Below are positions 23,685-35,300 of a DNA stretch of 64,000 nt, one piece after another. Below the pieces are notes generated by a model. It searched no databases. It was not told the DNA's origin and saw only the letters and a program-made list of their open reading frames with translations. A program made the translations under genes and the position numbers. The DNA comes from Marsupella aquatica. Lineage: Eukaryota; Plantae; Marchantiophyta. Position 1 is the stretch's first letter. Every line of letters begins with the position of its first letter. The stretch covers positions 20,401,224 through 20,465,223 of the forward strand of contig OZ316897.1 of the NCBI GenBank assembly GCA_973895155.1. Direction: 5' to 3'.

Positions 23685-24210
23685 AACGAAACGGAGCGCG
23701 GGAGCAGGACACGTATGTGCAGGTCTACTGATTAACACCCTATATCCCGTTCGATCAAGTCGTTCGCAACTAGGTCGAAGCATTTGCTCAAGCTCCCGCA
23801 AAGAAATCTTACCTCTCCTAACACTCTGTCTCGTTTTCGTTCTCTACCACATTTGGCGTAAGCATTTTGTCAAAGCTCAGCGCTCAAAACTTCGCTTTAC
23901 AAACACTCTGTCAAGATCTTGAACCTGCTATACTTACAAAACGCCGTTTGAATCAAATCTTAGCAGATGCATAGATCTTGAGTTTGACGTACTGAATTTC
24001 TGCAATGATGGCTCGTGCAGTTGAATTGAACGTCAACCTGGCGGAGCTGCTAGATCTACCAAGCAACTGAAAAAAATAGGGTTTTTTTCCTCGCCCCGGT
24101 TTCTTCCCTGTCCCGTGTGATTTTTTCCCCGCGGACCGACGGACAACAATTTTGTTGGGGACACCCTCACTTCTCTCAGGAATCAGTAGATTCAAAAGCA
24201 GAATAGCAAC
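23685..24210 (+). promoter_or_regulatory. Upstream/5' UTR block of RHD3, homologous to the CAP-D2 upstream region (about 31680-32345)
   Basis: Collinear shared segments: GAGCGCGGGAGCAG; CTAGGTCGAAGCATTT.CTCAAGCTC; TTTGACGTACTGAA.TTTCTG.AATGATGGCTC.TGCAGTT; CAAGCAACTGAA.AAAAT; GACGGACAACA.TTTTGTT.GGGA. Confidence 0.85.
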
Positions 24211-26742
24211 ATGACGGAATTAAACGATGCGAGTATGCCGGAGAAAGCCGCTTCTGGGGTAGATTCCTTGCAATTGATCGATGGGGAGGGGCGTTTTGAT
24301 GCTGCTGGCCTGGAGGCTTTCGTCAAGCACATAAAGCTGGCGGAGTGTGGTCTCTCCTACGCAGTGGTGGCCATCATGGGCCCCCAAAGCAGCGGCAAAA
24401 GCACACTCTTGAATCATCTATTTGCCACATCGTTCACGGAAATGGATGCCTTCTCAGGAAGGAGCCAAACCACCCAGGGAGTATGGCTGGCTCGTGCAGC
24501 TGGGATTCAGCCATGCACCATCGTGATGGATTTAGAAGGGACTGATGGACGAGAACGAGGAGAGGATGACACCGCTTTTGAGAAACAGAGTTCTCTGTTT
24601 GCACTGGCAGTGGCAGATGTTCTCCTTATCAACATGTGGTGTCACGACATTGGCCGTGAGCAGGCTGCGAACAAGCCACTCCTCAAGATTGTGTTCCAAG
24701 TCATGATGAGATTGTTCACTCCTCGCAAAACCACTCTGCTCTTCGTCATCCGGGACAAGACCCGGACACCAATGGAGGTTCTGGAGCCAATTCTCAGAGA
24801 CGACGTCCGAAAGATTTGGGACAGTGCCCTAAAACCTCCGGCTTTCGATGGAACTCAGCTCTCGGACTGCTTCAATGTGCAGGTGACATCCCTCTCTAAT
24901 TACGAGGAAAAGCCGGAAGTGTTCGAAGATCAGGTTGCGGATTTGCGTGAGCGATTCCAGAATTCCATTGCCCCTGGTGGGCTTGCCGGTGATCGAAGAG
25001 TAGCCGTACCTGGGACTGCCTTTCCTGTTAGCACAAAAGCCATCTGGGAGAGTATTAGGGAGAACAGAGACCTTGATCTACCTGCGCACAAGGTTATGGT
25101 TGCAACTGTTCGGTGTGAAGAGATTGCACAGGAAAAATTGTCAGATTTCTTAAAGAGTGAAGATTGGATTGAGCTCAAGGAGAGTGCAGAGAGAGGTGAA
25201 GTCAATGGCTTTGGGGCGAAGTTAAACTTTCTTTTAAGCAAATATATCTCAGACTACGACGACGAGGTTTCGTATTTTGATGAGAATGTGAGGACTAGTA
25301 AGCGCAATTTTTTTGTGTCGCAAGCACTGGAGCACGTGAATCCCGTATCTCAAGCAATTTTGTATCATCATCGTAATGGAGCGCTCGACAGGTTTAAGCA
25401 GGGGCTTAAGGATTGGGCCGACCTTCCGGATGGTGGGGAAGGCTTTGCCACAGCTGTTCGTCAGTGCACTGAGGCTGCTTTGTCGGATTTTGACAAAGGG
25501 GTTGCTGATGCCCAAGTGACTTATGCTCAGTGGGATGCTTCAAAGTTCCGAGAGAAGCTTCAAAGGGACATTGCTGCGCACGCCTCTTTAGTCCGCACTG
25601 AGAAGATTCGAGCCATCGTCTCTGCAGCGGAGAAACAGCTGCAAGAGAATGTTGGGCACCCCACTGGCGCTTTATTGGACTCGGCAGGGCCGGACACATG
25701 GTCAGCAATCAGAGATCTGCTTGATCGTGAAATTGATGCTGCTCAATCGTCCTTGCTAAAAGCCCTATCTGGCTTTGAACTGGAGAAGGATGAGGAAAGA
25801 ACAATAGTGCAGGATCTGGCTAAGTTCGGAAGGCTTGTTGTAGAGAATGAGGCAAAGAAAGGAGCCGCTCAAGCATTGTTACGCATGAAGGACTGGTTCA
25901 CCACACATTTCAGCCATGATGCGGATTCACTGCCTCGACTTTGGTCGGAGAAGGATGACATTCGGGCACTCGCAAGACAAGCCCGGTCTTCGTCTCTGAA
26001 AGGATTAGCTGTTTTGGCTGCAGTCCGACTTGATGAGAAGACAACCGACGGTATTGAACCAGCTTTAGCTACCTTGTTGGGTGATTCACAAGAACAAGTA
26101 TTATCTAGATCTGCAAACGTAACATCTGATGGTAAGGGCTCCTCCCTTCAAGTATCCAATCCTCTCGCTGCAAGCTCGTGGGATGGAATTGACACCGATT
26201 ACACTCTCTTGACTCCAACACAATGTAAAAACATCTGGAGGCAATTTAAAGCAGAGACTGACTTCACTATCAGTCAGGCCTTATCTGCACAGGAGTCTCA
26301 CAGGAGCAATAACTCTTGGCTGCCTCCTCCATGGGCCATGGCTGCCATTGTGGTGTTAGGCTTCAATGAGTTCATGGCGCTCCTCAGGAATCCTTTGTAT
26401 TTGTTAGTTTTCTTTGTTGTCTACCTTCTAGGGAGAGCGCTCTGGGTACAACTTGACGTAGGAGCCGAATTCCGGCATGGCATCATGCCTGGCGTCTTGA
26501 GCTTGTCAAGCAAGCTTCTCCCCAGTGTCATGAGTACATTGACCAAGCTTGCTGAAGCTGGTTCCAATGTTGGAAGGTCCAATGAGAGATCTAGTTTTAG
26601 TTCCACATCCAGTTCTCCGCAGAACAGAAGTAATACCGAGTTGCAGGATTTTCCTGACGAAAGTGAGTACAGTAATGTCATTGACGCTAATGCTTCGCTG
26701 AGGAATAGGCCACCTAGAAAGCTTGCTGAATATGCCAATTAA
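24211..26742 (+). CDS. RHD3: ROOT HAIR DEFECTIVE 3 / SEY1 atlastin-like ER-fusion GTPase, 843 aa, coding region without introns
   Basis: G1 GPQSSGKS, RSQTTQG, G3 DLEGTDGRERGEDD, VIRD, helical middle region, C-terminal PPPWAMAAIVVLGFNEFM plus a second TM segment. Single uninterrupted ORF. Confidence 0.96.
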   Translation: MTELNDASMPEKAASGVDSLQLIDGEGRFDAAGLEAFVKHIKLAECGLSYAVVAIMGPQSSGKSTLLNHLFATSFTEMDAFSGRSQTTQGVWLARAAGIQPCTIVMDLEGTDGRERGEDDTAFEKQSSLFALAVADVLLINMWCHDIGREQAANKPLLKIVFQVMMRLFTPRKTTLLFVIRDKTRTPMEVLEPILRDDVRKIWDSALKPPAFDGTQLSDCFNVQVTSLSNYEEKPEVFEDQVADLRERFQNSIAPGGLAGDRRVAVPGTAFPVSTKAIWESIRENRDLDLPAHKVMVATVRCEEIAQEKLSDFLKSEDWIELKESAERGEVNGFGAKLNFLLSKYISDYDDEVSYFDENVRTSKRNFFVSQALEHVNPVSQAILYHHRNGALDRFKQGLKDWADLPDGGEGFATAVRQCTEAALSDFDKGVADAQVTYAQWDASKFREKLQRDIAAHASLVRTEKIRAIVSAAEKQLQENVGHPTGALLDSAGPDTWSAIRDLLDREIDAAQSSLLKALSGFELEKDEERTIVQDLAKFGRLVVENEAKKGAAQALLRMKDWFTTHFSHDADSLPRLWSEKDDIRALARQARSSSLKGLAVLAAVRLDEKTTDGIEPALATLLGDSQEQVLSRSANVTSDGKGSSLQVSNPLAASSWDGIDTDYTLLTPTQCKNIWRQFKAETDFTISQALSAQESHRSNNSWLPPPWAMAAIVVLGFNEFMALLRNPLYLLVFFVVYLLGRALWVQLDVGAEFRHGIMPGVLSLSSKLLPSVMSTLTKLAEAGSNVGRSNERSSFSSTSSSPQNRSNTELQDFPDESEYSNVIDANASLRNRPPRKLAEYAN

Positions 26743-28228
26743 TATGGTTCCTCCGGTTCGCTTCGTAAAATGTTTTGAAAATATTGTTGATTTTGAATTA
26801 CCCGAAGTATGTATACCGTTATCTGAAAACACTTCTTTGATTTGTTCGTTCTTGTCCTCTTTGCTCATCCTTGACTCACTATTGATGATATGAACGGAGC
26901 TCAGAACATCTGGAAATTCTGACATTTTTGAATAGATTTCGTTCTCTGTTAGTTCTACCGAGTATAAGACGAACTGTGTGCTGCAAAGAATAGTTGGTAC
27001 CATGAAACTCTGACAATGACTCTGGCAATGAATGTCTAGTCTTATTTACAGTTATCCTGTTGACCAGACAGAAATGATGATTGTGTCATGGAACATTAAC
27101 TTGAAGGTTTCTAGAGTTGTCCAGATAGTTGATTTCAATTCCTTGAGCTTGAACGAGCTTGAAGTCTCTAACTGCTGCCAACATATCAAAGACACAAATC
27201 AGAAGGGCGAATTCCGAACGGGTTCCTAAGGCAAGAGCAAACAAAACAGAATGTACACACAGACGAGGGTTCCTCGAACGAAGCTACTTTGGAGACACAC
27301 ATTCCCGTCAAAAGTTTACTTTTTTGATCTGCAGATTCCCGCCTGTGCTCCACTTTAGAATGAACAGGTTGTGGGAGTCTCGAACATTCGTCGACCTCCT
27401 TCAAATGTGAATAGCTGAACGATCATCCTGTACTCACGTTGCACGCGAATGGTGTCAGTTTCTTTTTGTCGAACCGCCCAAGAGCGTTTTCCTCGGTGAC
27501 ATGATACTTTGTACGTTGCAAAGCTCACGCAGTCTCTTAGAACGAAGAGAAATTTGAACAGATGAGGGAAGCGTTCTCGTCTTCATGGGGCCAACGCGAA
27601 AACGCAAACCTTACTCTGGTTTCGTACTCCGTTTGCTTTGAAGTCCACTATCTGTGAGCAGTGTTGTGGAAATTTCCAGAATCCAACGAGGAGAACCATA
27701 GGGCAGGACAAGTGGCCCATCGATGTTTTTCATTAAAAATAGGCTAATTTCATTATTTGGGAGACCCCATGGGTAGTTCGGTATCCTCTTCTCTGATTCA
27801 TACAAGCTGGCTCATGATTTGATGATCATCCTAGATACAACACAGCTTCCATCTACAGTAAGTAGTAAATAGTTCCCTAAGTGCGATCCCGGAGTTGTTC
27901 TTGCTCATCTCTATTGATAAGCAATTCTCTAATGTCAAACCAGGGTGTGTCAAAAGTCTTTGTTTCTTTCTGCAGTGGTTGAATTTGCTCATTTGATTTT
28001 CTAGCGTCTTCAATAACGAGGAATTGAAAGTGTCGTATCGCTTGAGGGTAATGGGAAAGTGATGAGAAAATCCCTTGGTTTGTCAAAATGCAGTCTTTAC
28101 AAATTGTTCAAGTCCGAGCTTTACAATGAGAGTTTTTAAGGTAAATAAAAATTGCAACCTAAACTGTTCACGTGGTAGGGCAGGTTGATGCCCCTTCCAA
28201 CAGAGTTCGCACGCCACCTATGTAAACC

Positions 28229-29380
28229 TTAAGCCAATTCCAGTTCCTTCTGGAGATCGGAATTGTCAACAAAGACTGATTTCCAGCCATCTGGGTCAAG
28301 AACAGCTGTGATTTTGGTGTTGAGGCCCGGCAGCGGCCCAGGCTCACGAATGATTTGTCCCCCACAAGCACGAAGAGCATCAGCTGTCTTGTACACATCA
28401 TCTGTCCCAACTGCAATCTGAGCATAGCCCGTCCCCTTGGTATACTCACTTACACCATAGTTGTAAGTCAATTCCAAAACCGTAGTTTTCTGCTCATCTA
28501 AACCATATCCCATCATAGCAATCGAGTATTTGTACTGAGGGACATCTTTTCTGCTCAGAAGGTTCAAGCCAAATGCCTTCTCATAGAAGGCAATCGCTCT
28601 GTCCAAATCACCCACACGTAAACAAACTTGTGCAAACGGCTCAGGCGTTGGAGGCCTTTGGATGAGCTCAAACTTGTACCCATCAGGATCATCCACAAAA
28701 GCAATTATCGACGAGCCACCTTTCACTGGCCCAGGCTCACGAGAGACCTTGCCCCCCTTCAATTTCACGAGATCGACTGTCTTCTGCACATCCTCTACAG
28801 CAATTCCGAAATGGCCAAATCCCGTTCCAATGTCGTAGGAATCCTGGCCATAGTTGTATGTCAGCTCCACCGCAAAATTGGTCTCTTCTGGCCCATACCC
28901 GAGAAAAGCGTTCGAGTACTTGTCTTCCGGAATGTCGCGCTGGCGCAAAAGCTTCATCCCCAGCACCTCCGTGTAGAACTTGATCGTCCTCTCCAAGTTC
29001 CCGACTCGGTAGACGACATGGAGGAGCCGTCGCTTGTCCCTGTTGGTGAAGTCCACGAGACTGGGGTCGAGAGATGGAGCAGATTCAGCTGCAGCAGCAG
29101 CAGCTGCAGACGGCAATGGAGCCCCTCCCCCTAATCCTGAAAGCCCTCCGACGGCTATCAACGACGAAACGACTTGTCTCCGGTTGTGGACCGTGAGCGG
29201 CGTGCCGAGGATCGAGCTGCCTGGATTCCGTGCCCCCTCCTGAAGCTCCGCCGCTACCGATCGAGACCCAGCTGCAGGAAGAGAAGTGGAGGCGCTACTT
29301 TGGAGAAGGCGAACACTCCTGATCACAGCAGCTGAAGGAGGAGCCAGAGCGGCTATCGAGCTCGCCATCGCCATCGCCAT
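28229..29380 (-). CDS. GLYI: Lactoylglutathione lyase (glyoxalase I, two-VOC-domain Ni-type) with plastid transit peptide, 383 aa, coding region without introns
   Basis: DKRRLLHVVYRVG, ELTYNYG twice, GFGHFGIAVED, DPDGYKFELI and DPDGWKSVFVDN. Ser/Ala-rich N-terminal extension of about 100 aa. Confidence 0.96.
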   Translation of the reverse strand: MAMAMASSIAALAPPSAAVIRSVRLLQSSASTSLPAAGSRSVAAELQEGARNPGSSILGTPLTVHNRRQVVSSLIAVGGLSGLGGGAPLPSAAAAAAAESAPSLDPSLVDFTNRDKRRLLHVVYRVGNLERTIKFYTEVLGMKLLRQRDIPEDKYSNAFLGYGPEETNFAVELTYNYGQDSYDIGTGFGHFGIAVEDVQKTVDLVKLKGGKVSREPGPVKGGSSIIAFVDDPDGYKFELIQRPPTPEPFAQVCLRVGDLDRAIAFYEKAFGLNLLSRKDVPQYKYSIAMMGYGLDEQKTTVLELTYNYGVSEYTKGTGYAQIAVGTDDVYKTADALRACGGQIIREPGPLPGLNTKITAVLDPDGWKSVFVDNSDLQKELELA

Positions 29381-29979
29381 GGCTCTTCTTCTTCCCCTTT
29401 CTTGGACTCTGCTCTTCCTCGGACTACGCTATCACGTAGTAAGTAGTCAACTAAGAAGCACACGATTCCGTTTTCATCGAGGAGATTGAGAAAGCTGATG
29501 ATATTTGTTGCGATGACGGTCTCCAGTTCAACGCACAGGGAATCATGAATGTGGGCAATCGAGCGACATTACCTTTGAATCACTTATTGGATTGGAAACA
29601 CGAGCAATTTAAAGTGCCCCACGCAATCACAATCATTTGGGTCTTCACTTTTTCGGCCAAATGGATTGCAATTCGTGCAGAGCAGAACACAGAGAGAGAG
29701 CGTTCGCATGAATCTGCTCCGGTGTCGAACGTTTTTGCACCGCACAAAGTTTCTGAGCAGAATGTGATTCACTTGTGTTATCCAGAGGGAACATTCTCGA
29801 AACATGAATCTGAAGAAGACCCGGATGGACCGGAGGGTTTGCTTCAAAGACCCGGATGGACTCGAAAGGGCTTTACACCTCAATGTAAGACACGTACCGG
29901 ACTTTACTGAGTTTCACCTTGTTATTATGTTATAGTAATTTTGTTTACAAGGCATTGTGTGCCATAATGTATATATTTC

Positions 29980-30440
29980 AAACTGCCAAAAACAAAGGGC
30001 TGGGGCCCACTGAGACATGATCCCTCAGGCAAAAGACCCAATCAAGGGGGGATGATCCAAAGGGAGAAGAAAGGCTGGGAAACAAAGAAATAAAAGAACT
30101 ACCATGGACCCAAAAATCAGAACCCCAAAGCCTACCAATAGGCAAACTGAAGAGCCTCATAGAGCTCTGGTGCAAACTGCATAAGAGTCAAGCAAAAGAA
30201 TCCTAGTGGGAGACCCTACCACAAACAACCTCATCCCTACAAAGAATAGTGAAGTCATGCCCTTGCTAAAGCACAACAGGCACCCTCTGTCTAAAAAATG
30301 TCTTGATGACAGACACAGTCCGTCTGTCACTAGGGATAAGGCCTCCACTCGGCGTATGGAACTGTGCAACAATGTAAGAAACGGTCAAAAGATGGGTGTC
30401 GCCCCAAAGATCTTCACAGCAAATGGTTAGAAGAATGTCA
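29980..30440 (-). mobile_element. Third RLE/CRE-type non-LTR 3'-end relic
   Basis: Minus strand reads PFAVKIFGA and FRQRVPVVL*QGHDFTILCR, homologous to 7560-7770, followed by the same tail motif (TTGGGTCTTTTGCCTGAGGGATCATGTCTC). Confidence 0.6.
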
Positions 30441-30984
30441 GAGTTTAGAAGGGTTCCTAGGGATACAAAGTCCTAAGAGATTTATATTTCAACTAATTAT
30501 AGTATCAGTACTACCATGAGGAGATAAAAGTGTGACTTGCATTCTTCTCTATAAATGCCCTGAGAAAAACAGAGAAAAATATTACTTTAAAGAGAAAAAC
30601 ATCAAAGGGGATTAAGTAGACCATAAGTACAGTTTACTTTTGTGATGAAAATTAACTTTTGCATTTTTTAATTGTGGTGCTAAGCTGGCTAGGGGATTAT
30701 CAGCTTCAACCTCAAGGATACTACTGAAACTACTTGTTTTGAGCACTATACAAAAGAGAAAACAGAGAAGGGTTAAATTGTCACTGTCACTCAAAATGCC
30801 AGAGGGCCGGGTTTCCCCCCACTCTTTTGGTTTCTTTAGGAAATTTTAGACTACTTATGGTGCCTGTGTCACCGAGTCTTGAGGATCCTTACAAAATTGT
30901 CCCTGACTTTTGAGGGTGATTTACTTTCCATATTTCAATCCTTTGTTGTTGACCTAGTGCAAACCCATGTTAAGTACACACCAC

Positions 30985-31610
30985 GCTCTTCTTCCCGGGA
31001 GTGTGCACTTAGAGAGAGACGAGTGTACAGAGTCGGACCAGGGGGTGAGATCATGTACACTGAACATCCTATGAAACCTACCTCACCCTCCACATTCTCA
31101 GGGGTGAATCTGATGACGAAATGAGGTAACTAAAAGCTTGGGATACAGCTGATGCTTCTTCTCGTGAGTGAGCACTTAGAGAGAGAAGAGTGTACAGCCT
31201 TGGACCAGGGGGTGAGACCATGTACACCGGAGACCATGTACACCGGACACATCATAAAACCTACCTCACCCTCCACAATCTTGGGGGTAAACCAGATGGT
31301 GCAATGAGGTACTATACTTCTTCCCGGGAGTGTGCACTTAGAGAGAGAAGAGTGTACAGCCTTGGACCAGGGGGTGAGACCAGGTACACTGGACACCCTA
31401 TGGATCCCACCTCAGCGTGAATCGGATGGTGAAATGAGGTACTGTAAACAAAAATCTCTGGATACACCCGGGAGTGTGCACTTAGAGAGAGAAGATTGTA
31501 CAGCCTCGGACCAGGGGGTGAGACCATGTACACCGGACACTCCATGAAACCCACCTCAGCCTCCACATTCTCGGGGGTGAATCGGAAAGTGAAACGAGGT
31601 ACTGTACCAG
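30985..31610. repeat. Four-unit tandem array (periods 167, 162 and 144 bp) with internal inverted repeats
   Basis: Anchor GCACTTAGAGAGAGA at 31005, 31172, 31334 and 31478. Units contain TGTACA...GTACA and ACCTCA...GAGGTA inverted pairs. Confidence 0.93.
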
Positions 31611-32345
31611 TGTAAACGCAAAACTCGGGAAACAGCGCTGAAAGCGAAAACGTCGGACCTCAAAGCGACGATGTTTGAAACAGAGCGCGGGAGCAGAGCA
31701 GAGCAGAGTGGAAAGCTCCGAAGTCTAGTTTCTCTCGTTGTAATGTCGAGGCGGAGCGGTACCTCTCGTTCTGCTCTCTCCTCCTCCACTCTGTCTCTGC
31801 GAGCGCTCTCGTTTACTAGTCTATTGATTCGTTCGCTCTCTTTCCATCGTAGGTTGAAAGTCAGTCTCTGCGAGCGCTCGTTTTGATGCGTCTTTTGATT
31901 GAACTACCTTCGTGGGTTGAAGCATTTTGTAGAAGCTCCGCGCAGCAGTGTCAGGTCTGTTAATTTACGCTCTGTCTCGTAAGGTCAAGTTGTCGCACCT
32001 AGGTCGAAGCATTTTCTCAAGCTCTCGCGCGAAGAAATTTTAGCTTTAGCTCGCTACTACATTTGGTAAAGCTCAGCTTTACGAATACTCTGTCTGTGCT
32101 GGGGCTTTTCGAGCAGTCGGTGATCTTTGAATTTGACGTACTGAAGTTTCTGGAATGATGGCTCCTGCAGTTCGCTTGACCTCTCTGCCGCAATTGGGAC
32201 TTCCGGTTATCATGGTCTAACAAGCAACTGAAGAAAATTTAGCTTCTCGCCCGGTTGCTGTCCTGTCCTGTCCTGTGCCGACGGACGGACAACATTTTTG
32301 TTAGGGAGAGCCCTTACTTCGCTCGGGAAATGTGAAAGAGCCGGA

Positions 32346-35300
32346 ATGGCGCCGAAATTTCGCGTTCCGAAATGCCTCGACGATTTGATGGAACTCCCCA
32401 ACGACGATGAAGATGCTTTACACGCGCAGCTTGTAATTGACATTGACTCACTGGACGCCTCCGAGAGGCACCGAGTCATCGCAGGTGAGAGCGTTGTGAT
32501 TCCAGTTGCATTTGTTGAAGTTAATGACATTGTTCTGTGCCTGCTTCCCTCTTTGCCTTTGTGAGTTTCCTTCTCGCTTAGAGCGCTGTCGGTCCTGAAT
32601 CCGTCAAGAATCGTTGCAGGTGTAGCGACCGAGCTTTCGGACAAGGAGGTCTTGTGTGTTCAGGAACAGTCTCTTTTCGATCGAGTCTATTCTCTAGTGA
32701 GGTGCGAACTTTCCAAATGGAGTTACCGGTGTTAGTCGTTTTCTTTGTGACTGAAATTTTATCCTATGTGCTTTTCAATTCATCAGGCATTCACAACAGA
32801 ATGTAATCAGTCTACGTGCGGCATCTGTCGTGGGACAGAATGAATAGATAAATGAACGCATATAAGAGTCCAAGGATTCCCTTCAAAGGGACGACCGGCA
32901 GAGGGTAGAACAACGCTAAAAACCAAGAAACATGAAAACATGAAATACAGGACAAATCCATATTTGAGACTAACTCTCGAGGGATTTGGGATTGTATTTC
33001 TTCCACCCGGCCTGCCGGCGTCATATCGGCTTTTGCAGGGGATATGCTTACCTTGAGGTGTCTCAGAAAAGCATTTTGATCGACAGCCTGTGCACAAACT
33101 TCGTTCAGCTGAATGTGTCAGCATCTATTGTAGTGAGCTCTATCGACGACCCCAACGAAGACGTCGAAGATGTTGCTCTGCAATGTAGGGTGCATTGCAA
33201 TGCTATTAAAATTTATGCCTACTTTCTGTCATGCATCCTTATCGCCGAAGAATCAGAATCCGAGTCGTCAGCTGGAAAGAGCTCTGGAAAGAGCGGAGGC
33301 TCCAAGGTCAGTTCAGAAACTTGTCATGGCAGAGACTTGACGTACAATATGATCAGCTGCTTCTCTTTCCGAACTTTCTTTGAGTGGCATTTTCTGGAAT
33401 TTGCAAATAATATAGCTGATGGATGAAGAAATCAGCTTCCTCTATTAACGCCCTTTCCAAGCTACATCAGAATGCAGCCACCTTTTGCAGAATTCCTGCT
33501 ATGTGGTTCTAAAATCGCTAGCCAACAAATTCAGTCAGATGCTTCTTACATTCGATGCCAAGATGATATCAGCGAGTGGCTTGTTTGCTAGGTCAATAAT
33601 TATTGGTCATAAATGTAGAGTCGTCGTTCAGACCTCTGCCACAGGAGTGGCAGAGATCTGAACGAGGTTTGAAAGTGTCCTTCTTGGCGATCTCTGCCAC
33701 TCCTGCGAACTATGAATTCATTGATTCGTTCACTCGCACATGTGGCTGGCTTTTTATTCATTAGGGTCGATCCCGGAAAAAGCATGTACCAGAGGACTGG
33801 GATTGGATTTCCCTCAGAACTCGTAGTCTTCGAGTACTAGCTGGAGCTTTGCAGAACGACCTTAAGAAGATTTTCGAATCGCCTCAGCTTGATGAGAGCT
33901 TCATTGCCTTCCTCGCCAAGTGAGTATGCGAAACCTTAATTGTTGAACGTAATTGATCAATTATACCCCGAGCGTCACCTGTCTTAAATTTTCTTCAGCT
34001 CATTCCATGTTTATTGGGCACGTTGCACGTCAGGGCAGCATTCAAAATGTTGGAGAATCGATCCCTTCTAGAGAAAGGCGAGAGTAAACAGCCTTTGTTC
34101 ATTATTATCTCAGCATGCACCGTCCAGTACGGTTACGGAATATCGTCAGTTATGACTATCATCGACATGCTCCACAAGTTCGACCATCTGCCGGCACATA
34201 TGGCAGACCTCGTGTCCTCTGCAGAAAATCAGTACAATGGTGGCAGTATCTTAGCTGTGGATCTGTTGAGAACAATTGGCAAAATTAACCCAGTGAATTT
34301 TGAACGAGACAACGCCGGGGCAGAAAGCGTGGGGTTGTTTCTGGAGGAACTAGCTGCTCGCCTTCCGAAAATCATGGTGACGAATTTGAGCGTACTTCTG
34401 TGCCATCTGGACGGAAAGTCATACAAAATGAGGAACTCACTCGTGAAAGTCATAGGGAGATTGCTTGTCGAAGCCATCAAGAACGCGGATGGAACCAGCC
34501 CGAGTGACGTTACCCGCCTCGGCAACGAACAGCGCCTCCTCAACATTCTGATTGAGAGGAGTAGAGACATCTCTGCCCACACACGAAAGCACGTTCTTCA
34601 AACTTGGGCATATCTCTGTAAAGAACATGCAGTTCCAATCGGGCATTGGAACCTTGTGTCGGATCTAGCAGCTGGCCGCCTCGAAGACAATGCAGCCATC
34701 GTCCGGAAAAATGCTGTGCAGCTTCTTGGCACACTCTTGGAGTATAATCCCTTTGGTCCTTCCTTGCGAGCAGCAGCATTTGAAGCTACGCATGAGAAAT
34801 ACAGTGAAAAGCTCTCAGATATGTCACCTCGGATTAATGCGGTTGGTGATGGTGAAGCGGCGGGCCAAAATCTTCAGGACATGGAGCTTGATTTTTCCGC
34901 TGAGCAGGAAACTGAACCAGCCTTGGATTCTTCTGAAGGTTCGCCATCAACTCCTGGCGGGAAAGAGGAGTGTTCCCAGCCTGGAAGCAATAGTCCTCAA
35001 ACACAACAACCTGCCCCACGTCCTCAATTCTCACCGGAAATTGGTGGATTGGAACATACTCGTGCATTGGTGGCTTCGCTAGAATCAGCTCTCCGCTTCT
35101 CCAAATGTGTTGGGTCTACTATGAACACCCTCTCTCAGCTTCTTGCGTCATCGACTATTGGCGACGTCGAGAGTACAATTCAGCTTCTTATCCTATGCAA
35201 GAAGTTTGAAGTCGACGGCTCTGGACCTTGTCTTCGAAAGACTCTCCCTCTTGTGAGCTCTCTTTCTCTTCTACCTAATGGCAGTAAGGATATTGGTGAC

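Noticed and set aside
27400-28100. Minus-strand protein-like fragments between RHD3 and GLYI
   Set aside because: Many stops and no recognisable motif; may be 3' UTR or an old pseudogene.
24220-29243. Short antisense and alternative-frame ORFs overlapping RHD3 and GLYI (likewise over the NLR, CAP-D2 and ferritin-like genes)
   Set aside because: Shadow ORFs of real coding sequence with no independent motifs.
30985-31610. CRISPR-like array or conserved miRNA cluster (TCGGACCAGG equals the first 10 nt of miR166; AGAGAGAAGAGTGTACAGC resembles miR529)
   Set aside because: Units are long and homologous throughout, with no unique spacers or cas genes in a eukaryotic context. The miR166 match ends after 10 nt, and the miR529 similarity needs several gaps in GA-rich low-complexity sequence.
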